From Octopus sinensis (Eukaryota), in the NCBI RefSeq assembly GCF_006345805.1, contig NC_043001.1:106826001-106890000 (forward strand): DNA of 64,000 nucleotides, read 5' to 3'. Position numbers and translations under genes: made by a program. Below the pieces are notes generated by a model. That model saw only the letters and a list, made by a program, of their open reading frames with translations. It had not been told where the DNA came from and did not search any database. The stretch's first letter is position 1. Each line of letters begins with the position of its first letter. Shown in pieces: positions 55,120 through 64,000 of this stretch.

Positions 55120-56019
55120 TAATATATATTATATATATATATATATATATAAGTGTACGCATGTATATAGATACTATGTAGAGAGAGGGAGAGTAAAAGA
55201 AAGAGATAGGGGTTGCGTATAAGTGTTTTCAAAATGGAGCCATTAAAAACCCATTATTCATCCGCAATTATACAAGAATTCGCATCGATTTCCTCCTTAG
55301 TACAAACTTGTCCCTTTTATTAATTTTCATTAACTCCATTACACTGTATAAGCTGTCCCTCGTGCGTATAGGTCACTGTACTTAAATATACATCTTAATC
55401 GTATACACACATACATACAAACCCACACACACATACACACAACAGCCAATTTCAGTGTACATACAAACATAAAACTCACACATACTCACCTATATATATT
55501 ATATAATATATATTATATATATATATATAGATATATATATATATATTACTTTTATATGTGCGTTGTATGTATATATCCCATTGTTAACATCGCTTTATCC
55601 TTCAAAGTATTAATGTCATCGAACAGCAAACGACAACATAGATATATTACAATCATCACACCCGACCGATGACTGTTCCCGCAAGTAAACCGATTTTTAT
55701 ACAGAAATCATATTGATCCTTTGTCAGGGGAAAATCGAAGAAAGAACGTGAAACAAAGTTAGTGGTATATCCACAGGAGTGAGGCCAGTCCATTGGCGAT
55801 CACTTTGAAGCAGAAATCAAATAATGTGATACAAAAATTTTAATTATTTTACCTAGCGCTATGATTATGAGATCTTTTTTAAATTCAATTATACACATAC
55901 ACACACACATCATATATATATTTACAACACACACACACACACACACATAAATCCGAATTGAGGGAGTGGACCAAGTAAAATTCTGACATTCGCATTCAAA
56001 GCGACTCAAGGTGCTAACC

Positions 56020-56140
56020 GTCATCTTATCGAACTTTGATATGGGAAAAACCTGCAACCTTCGACGCCAATAAATTATTATTTTTCCTGAACGTTATTTT
56101 TCATACTTACCACAAATTGCTCGAAGCTTACAAACTTTCT
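56020..56140 (-). repeat. Short interspersed repeat, inverted homologue of 8275-8400
   Basis: aagcttcgagca...aataataattta.tggcgtcgaa.gttg.a...tttcccatatc.aagttcgataa is shared between the two loci. Confidence 0.7.
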
Positions 56141-56555
56141 GCACTTAGATTCTTGGAGCTTATAATTACACACACACATACATGCATATATATAGGTCAA
56201 AATTTAAAATTAAATTTAAAAAATTAAAATTTAGTTGTTGGACATATCCTTAGTAGTATGCCGACAAAGCACGTTAACTGCCTATGGGTATCTGGCATTA
56301 TCTACGGTAATTGCACAATCGTCACTGGATCTACCTTAAGAATTCCTCAGTGTACGTTGAATATGTTAAAAACAATAGAGACGGTAGATGAAATTTACTT
56401 TGAAAGTTTAATTACAACCATCTTATCGACAAATCCTTCATCGCTCACTCACAGGTGGAAAACTATACAATAAATATATATAAGTGTGTGTGGTGTGTGT
56501 GTGTGTGTATGTGCGTGTGTGTATAAACACATATATACATACATGTATACACAGA

Positions 56556-56610
<55 letters not shown>

Positions 56611-56649
56611 AGAGAGAGAGAGAGAGAGAGTGAGAGAGAGAGGTAGATC

Positions 56650-56709
<60 letters not shown>

Positions 56710-57014
56710 TAAATATAAATATATATGTATATGTGTATGTATGTCATTATTCAGCTTTATTTCAAGACTTCTTGCCAATAGAGAAAGAGCCGGTTTCTAA
56801 CCTAGATTCAAGGCTCCTTCATTGGAATTTCAACATCAACAATAGGATATATTTGTTTGTATGTACGTATATGTGCATATTTGTATGTTTTGCTTTGTGT
56901 AGGTATTCTCATGCATATAATTGCATATCTAGACATACTTATATATACTTAAATGATAAACTTCTGAAAAGTTTTACAGACGTTTACAGTTCCAGTGATG
57001 GATTGGATCTGTAG

Positions 57015-57735
57015 TCTTCAAATTAGCTTTCTCTTTTCTGGTTTTGAGAAGCCTAATTTCTCAAGATTGGTATTTAGGCAGAGTGTTACATATCCCAGAG
57101 TCCCAATAATTACAGGCATGAACCTGAACTTGTAACCTGGATAGAGTGACTACAGATTTCTCAATAGCTTGGCGTAGGTGTTCTCTTTTTCACTGATCTT
57201 CACCTTTATGTTAATATCCGCTGGGCAGCTAATTTCCAAAACTGTATACAGTTTCTCTTCTCTATCCCAAATCATTATATCAGGTCTGTTGTGTTTACAT
57301 TTTATTGAGGTCTTCACTGGGACATTCCACCAGTATTTCTTTTTAGTATTAGTGATTATGGCTTCTGCTATATTGTGGCTTCTTATTTCTTTGTCCTCGG
57401 GATTATCCATCCGACGTATTTCATTATATAGTGTCCTAGCTACAACATCATGTCTTATCGGTAGATAATACCGAGATGACATTTTCGGACAACTGCTTAT
57501 GATGTGGGTGATATCTTCGGTGTTAGACTCCACAAAGTCTGCATCGGTTGTCACATTTTACCGTTTTTCTTGCATCTCTATTCCTTTTGTGCATCAGGTA
57601 CTTGGTTGATATTTCCTGTTCCTGGATTGCAAACGCACACCCTTCAAAGTGGGAGGTAGTATTTTTCGGTTTTTCACACCAATGGCTCGGATCTCATCAA
57701 GCGTCCAATCAAGCAACCGCAATGCTGGTTCGAGT
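57015..57735 (-). mobile_element. R4/Dong-type LINE 3' end with CCHC knuckle and restriction-like endonuclease
   Basis: LDWTLDEIRAI, AIQEQEI, CRLCG..(frameshift)..TEDITHIISSC, RHD, RPDI, EISCP, K..EK..TY (track ORF 57150..57554). Confidence 0.85.
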
Positions 57736-57963
57736 ATGTATGTATGTATGTATGTATGTATGTATGTATGTATGTATGTATGTATGTATGTATGTATGTA
57801 TGCATGCATGCATTTATGTATGTATGTATGTATGTTTGTATGTATGTATGCATGCATGTATGTATGTATATATGCATGCATGTATGTATGTATGTATGTT
57901 ATGTATGTATGTATGTATGTATGTATGTATGCATGCATGCATGCATGCATGTATGTATGTATG

Positions 57964-59513
57964 TTAGTTAGTTAGTTAGTTAGTTAGTTAATTTGGCTCA
58001 AAAGCAAATAGCAAGGCCATGTAGGGGGACATGGAGTTAAGTACAGGGTGGTGTTCATGTAAAGAGTTCAGACCACTTGAGGTCCAGGGAGGCTTTGAAC
58101 AAAGCGGTCGTCGGCATCTTCACCATCTCGTCTGGCAGCTTGTTCCACGGATCCGCAACCCGGACGGAGAAAGCTCCTCTCCTTCGATTGAGATGAAATC
58201 GTCGCAGGTAGAGCTTTTCGGAATGACCCCGCAGCCGACGCTCCGGAGCAGGAGTGAAGAACAGTTCTTTCGAGAGGTTACACTTCCCGCTTATGATGTT
58301 GGGCGAGAATGAGATCACCACGGCGGCGGCGTTTTCAAGAGAACAAAGGTCGAGCGTCCTCAGCCTTTCTTCGTAGGACAAATTTTTGAGACCATGAACC
58401 ATGCGGGTAGCCAGCCTCTGGACTCTTTCGAGGTGGTGTATGTCTTGGAGATTGAGGAGATAGGAGAAGAGGCTTGAATCCCATACTCCAATATGGGTCT
58501 CACCAGCGTGACATATGTGGCAGGAATATGGCTGCTGTGAGCATTCCGAATGACGTCGTCGAATCAAAAACAGAATTCCGCGCGCTTTGTTGGCAGCATG
58601 GACGCACTGGGCCGAAGGCGAAAAGGAGGAATCCACCAAGATACCATGCCTTTACCTGATCGGTCCTCTCCAGCAGCAGACGACCCGGCTCGAAATCAAG
58701 TTGAGTTGCAGGAGTAGAGCCGACAGGCAGATGACAGCACTTTGACACGTTCAGACACAGGTCCCAATCGTTAGACCACTTCCAAATTTGGTGGAGGCAT
58801 CGACGAAGATCCTCTATACTACCGCGAGGAGCGACCAGTTTGATATCGTCGGCAAATAGAAGGGTGTGTTGCGTGAGGTCGTCGGGCAAGTCATTTATGA
58901 AGACTAAGAACAACAAGGGCCCAAGCACTGAACCTTGAGGCACGCCACTGCTCGCACTGGAGACGTCGGACCGCGAACCATTAACTTGAACTTGGAAGGA
59001 GCGATCTGAGAGGAAGGCACCAACCCATCGTACAATATCCGGATGGAAACTATATGCTTGAAGCTTGACAAGTAGTAGGCGGTGGTTTACCGAGTCAAAA
59101 GCTTTGGCAAAGTCCAATAAAACGATGTCAACAGCATCACTATCATCGAGGATGCGCGTCACTAATTCTTCTATTACTAGTAAGTTGGTCAAGCATGATC
59201 TCTTCGGCACGAAGCCGTGTTGGGAATCAGTGATCGAGGCTGTGTTTAGGAGGTGGAGCATCATACTTTTCTTAAGGATGGTTTCGAACATCTTGCTGAT
59301 TATTGATGTAAGGGAAACCGGTCGGTAGTTAAGCGGGTCTTTGCGGCTCCCTTTCTTGAAAATTGGGCAGATTATCGCTGTTCTCCAGTCTGTAGGTATA
59401 ACACCCGTCGCCAATGACATATTGAATAGTCGTGTTAAGGGCTCGCAGATGACCGGAGCCAACGCTTTGATAACCCGTGGGTGTATGCCGTCAGGGCCGT
59501 GACCCTTGTTGAC
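57964..59513 (-). mobile_element. Relatively young 5'-truncated CR1-clade LINE with near-intact RT and (TAAC)n tail
   Basis: GPDGI, NYRPVSLTSI, QHGF, DFAKAFDSV, GVPQGSVLGPLLF and LFADD in one frame (58500..59603), with frameshifts downstream. Tail (ttag)n at 57964-57990. The 15-nt atgtatgtatgtatg is present on both sides. Confidence 0.93.
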
Positions 59514-59833
59514 ATGTATGTATGTATGCATGCATGCATGCATGTATGTATGTATGTATGTATGTATGTATGTATATATGCATGCATGTATGTATATATG
59601 CATATATATATGTATGTATGTATGTCTGTATGTATGTATGTATGCATATATGTATGTATGTATGCATGCATGTATGAACTATCATGCTGATTTGCGCTAA
59701 TTCAATGAACAGGTACTTCAGGTGATCGAACAATTCTATTGTCATCATCGAAACCAACATGCAGAAAGACAAATAGACAGACCAACAGACAAACAGACCA
59801 ACAGTCATCAGACAGACAGACAGACAGACAGAC

Positions 59834-59908
<75 letters not shown>

Positions 59909-60169
59909 ATACGGCTGAGTGAGAGACAGAGAGATAGACATAGAGAGTGAGAGAGGGAGAGGGGGAGAGGGGAGAGTCAGAGATAGACAGACAGACAGAC
60001 AGACAGGCAGACTGAATACATATCAAATAATAGTAAATTTCAATGAGATTTTACTACAGAGACGGAAATGTTCAAATTGGGTGGTTCTGGTGAGAAGCGT
60101 TGTTGCAGATGAGTGGCTACTAAGAAGGATTTGACTTACGTGCTTATATGTTTGAGGAAAGAGAAAAAG

Positions 60170-60285
60170 AGGAGTAAATGTGAAGAGAGAGAAGAAGAGA
60201 GAGAGAGGAAAGAAGAGAGAGAAAAGACGAAAGAGAAAGAAAGAAAGAAAGAAAGAAAGAGAAGAAAAGAGAAGAGAGAAAGAAA

Positions 60286-60357
<72 letters not shown>

Positions 60358-60365
60358 GGAGAGGC
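60170..60365. repeat. Purine-rich (GA)/(AAAG)n simple repeat
   Basis: Directly visible. Confidence 0.95.
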
Positions 60366-60974
60366 AGGGAGGAGGATCAATAAAGTGATGTTGATTTTAG
60401 GTTTACTACGATGGATAAAAGTGTGTTCAGTTTGGGGTGTTCTAGAGAGAAGCAGTGTTGCAGAAGAATGAGTTAACATGCACATGTAGTACTGGAGTGT
60501 TGGCTTAGAATAAGCTCGAGGAAACATCTGAGAGAGAGAGAGAGAGAGAAGGACAGAGGGAGTGTGCGTGAGGGTGAAAGCGGTAGAATATGATGAAGTA
60601 GTAGTAGAGTTAAGAGAGACCGAAAAAGAGTAAACGTAATATGAGATTTAATAAGAAAGTAGCAAGCGGCTGTAACAACGGCTGTAACTACGAACTAAGT
60701 TAGAATCTCTCAGAAGCTGAATGTCGAGTGTTGTGAATGTAAGCACAGCTATACTCAGATATTAACGTTGAGGTGTAAAACCAAGGGCCTTAATAAAATA
60801 CGTGGCAGCTACTAGCTGTCCACCCTGCACGCCAAAAGCAGCAATAAAAGCGTCCCTAATATCTTAAAAATATTCGCACGCATTGAACAATGTAGTCTTA
60901 AAACAATAATAGACAGATTGGTCGTCTGGAATCACGTTCATTGTTGGTCAGCGCCATCGGTGTTAACCTAGACG

Positions 60975-61400
60975 AAGTCAGTAGGATATATACTTAGCGG
61001 ACTTCATCCGTCTTTATGTTCTGAGTTCAAATTCCGCCGAGGTAGCCTTTGCTTTCATCCTTTCAGGGTCGATAAAATAATTACCAGTTGAACACTGCAG
61101 TCGATTTAATCAACTTACACCCTCCCCGAAATTGCTGGCCTTGCGCCAAAATTTGAAATCAATATTTAGAAGGTATAAAGGCTGAAAGCTGGCAGAATCG
61201 TGAGCGCGTCGGGCAAAACGCCAAGCAGCATTTCTTCTGGCTCTTTACCTTTTGAGTTCAAACCCTGCTGCGGTCAACTGTGCATTAAGAACGCTATTAC
61301 CTTCTATACAATTACTATTGTTATTATTACAAGCATTTATTAATTACATTGTTGTATTTCGGAATGATTTAATCGACTTGCCCCTCTTCCGAAATTTCCA
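60975..61400 (+). mobile_element. SINE family 1 copies
   Basis: gttctgagttcaaattccgccgaggtagcctttgctttcatcctttcagggtcgataaaataa body, and a second head at ~61190. Confidence 0.8.
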
Positions 61401-61894
61401 ACCAATGTTTGTCTAAGCACGAAACCACATCCTCTATTTTACAATATTTTACATCACGGAATTTTAAATGCAGGTGGAAACACCAGATACTCATAAAGCC
61501 AACATTCAAAATAAAAATAGCTAAATTCTACATTCTATTCAGCATTGTATGGAATAGGGGATTTCTTGGTTCTTCATTTAACCATCTAAATATCTTCGCA
61601 CACGTACATATGCATGTGCCTACACACACACACGCACACATATACAGATACACACACACACATTTGCATAGATGTTTTTCATACAAACACTCATAAGTTA
61701 TCACATGAATTAGTTTGATAAATAGTCAATTGCTTGACCTTTCACGATAAAACCTATCAATCAACGAGTGATCAGCAACACTGACTTGAGAGAAGAGGAA
61801 ACTAGAGTAATTTCATTCATGCCTTTCATGACGGCCGTAAAGTCGATATGCGTGTACATGTATACATACATACGTACATATATACATACATACA

Positions 61895-61927
<33 letters not shown>

Positions 61928-62678
61928 GTGTGTGTGTGTTTGTACACATATGTATCATACATGTATTGTATGTATGTATAAACGCATTTTATGTGTTATA
62001 TGTATGTCTGTTTGTGCTATATGTATGTATTAGAAAATTTGCATAACCAGTCTCATAAGTTATTTGTTAAGCCTATCAAAATAACGTATAGCTCTGTATA
62101 TTAATTAAACAAGAACCGTCGTGAAAATGTATATATTACACATATTTTAGGTCTTTTTTCTGAGCATTCCGTTTCTTTAAAAAAAAAACATATATCATTG
62201 TACCGTAACAAAAATTATATATTTGCCATTATAAAGTTTCTTTACTTCGAGTGATTAACTGCGATATTCGTCTTGCGGCAGAACCTCTTATAGACATACA
62301 GGTTTAAAAAACACAAAAATATATTGGTATAAGGTGAAGATCGTTGTGCACCGGTGATGGTATTGCTAAATCCGCATTTCTCGTTCTTTGCGCTTCCTCA
62401 GTAGCAAGTATCACTTGCAACCGTATACGAAGACAAAATCCATCTGAATAAAATTTGGTTGTGTGCAATATAAGCAGTATTAGTTCAAAATAGCCTACTG
62501 TGTATCATATATACAAAAGATATAATATAGGAAACCTAATTGTTTTTGATATGACTATACATCTAAATTCAGGTTTCTAGGACGTTTGTGCTTTATGATA
62601 GCTACATAGATTGCCTTTTAAACTAATATTGTTTCTGATACACATCATGTCAACACACACACACACACACACATATAA

Positions 62679-62727
<49 letters not shown>

Positions 62728-62776
62728 ATACTATTCTACTTATATACAAGTAGATATATATATATACATGTACATA

Positions 62777-63005
62777 TACTGCGCCAGGAGCGGGCTTCGA
62801 TTCTGCAAGAACAGCAGCGTGCCGTGTGTAAAGCATTCACACCTAGACGTAAGGCTGTGATTCGAAACAGAGGTGGCCATATCGAATAAATGTGGTAATA
62901 TAATAATTGTATTTCCTTTACCATTGCATTGCAATGCTCGTAGCTGAAATATTTTGCTTTGGCAAAATTGAAAAAAGTTGGTTGCCTTAATTTTGGGACA
63001 CCATA
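62777..63005 (+). mobile_element. Tc1-like transposon 3' end (transposase C-terminus and right TIR)
   Basis: ...CKAFTPRRKAVIRNRGGHIE* followed by aattttgggacacca|ta. Confidence 0.75.
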
Positions 63006-63275
63006 TATAAATATACATATACTTACATACATACATACATATGTGTGTGTATGTGTGTGCGTGCGCATATATATATATATATATACATACATGTATTCAT
63101 ACACATATAAATTTATACATGCATACATAAATACATGTATACATGGAGACATACATACATACATAAATTTATACATGCATACATAAGTACATATATACAT
63201 GCTTGTATACATGCACACATGCATTTATGCAAACATACATATATACATATATACATTTACACATACATAATGCAT

Positions 63276-63310
<35 letters not shown>

Positions 63311-64000
63311 CATACATACATACATACATACATACATGCATACATACATACATATGGGTGCAAGAAATTCACCTTCGGACCTTGTAGCTTCAGGTTCAAT
63401 CCTACTGTGATGTGCTACACTTTGGGTATCTTTTTATTTTTTTCCAGTTTCAATTTGATCAAAGTTTTGTAAGGAAAATTTAATAGAAAGAAACCGTATC
63501 AAAGATAATCATTAGTTGTGTTTATTGTGTATGTATTAATGGAAGCTACCCACGAATTTGCCTGCACAGCCATCACAAACGCTGTACAAGTATAATGAGG
63601 ATGGAATGAAGAGGAAAGATTAACCGCTTCTAAATAGCCTCTTTTCCTTTCTTTCAGACATGACTAACCTCTTCTAAATAGACATGAGATTGAATTATTC
63701 AATATGTTTTAAAATATAGTGTGCGATTTCACTACTATTTCTTGCAAGTCGATCAAACATACAAAGGTTAGCCTCGTTCGTTAGCATGTCTTCATGCTTC
63801 TTGCTGTTCAATCCCTGATTAACCAGATTTATGATAAAATGCATTTTTTTACGATCATCATGTGTTTATTTAATTAGTATGCGTTCAAGATTACGTTATT
63901 TAATGTGCTCGTCCCCATTTTATGACTACATGGTGTGAGTGAAGGGAAATTTGGTTGATATTTCTAGGAAGTCTTGCAACCGCTTAATGTCTCCGTCGTT

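Noticed and set aside
59514-59603. ATG-initiated N-terminal extension of the CR1 RT ORF
   Set aside because: The start codon and first 30 codons come from the flanking ATGT/ATGC microsatellite, not from the element.
60113-60527. Lys/Glu/Arg-rich coiled-coil-like ORF
   Set aside because: Translation of an (AAAG)n/(GA)n simple repeat.

Overview
AT-rich, microsatellite-dense eukaryotic DNA. The repeat families (tRNA-type SINEs, RTE/CR1/R4/Penelope remnants, Tc1/mariner, Helitron ends) look like those of an Octopus-type coleoid cephalopod; this is inferred from repeat content only. Most of the ORF track is simple-repeat artefact or decayed transposon sequence. Two things stand out. (1) A candidate 4-exon minus-strand gene (26441-26409, 18527-18453, 1805-1747, 1078-808). 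Its canonical GT-AG exons join in consistent phase to give a 145-aa protein I do not recognise, with a signal-peptide-like N-terminus and a GPI-signal-like C-terminus. There are hints of regulated splicing: a hairpin over one acceptor, a strong orphan AG|GT acceptor, and a phase-matched alternative exon. (2) Minimal type-I hammerhead-ribozyme-like motifs in Penelope-like terminal repeats: one with a canonical core (53219-53272) and an inverted pair carrying a compensatory G3-C8 core swap (40287-40587). Several long inverted repeats are also present, one of which may be an assembly fold-back. There are no rRNA genes, true tRNA genes or CRISPR arrays. All alignments and folds were done by eye; no database searches were run.
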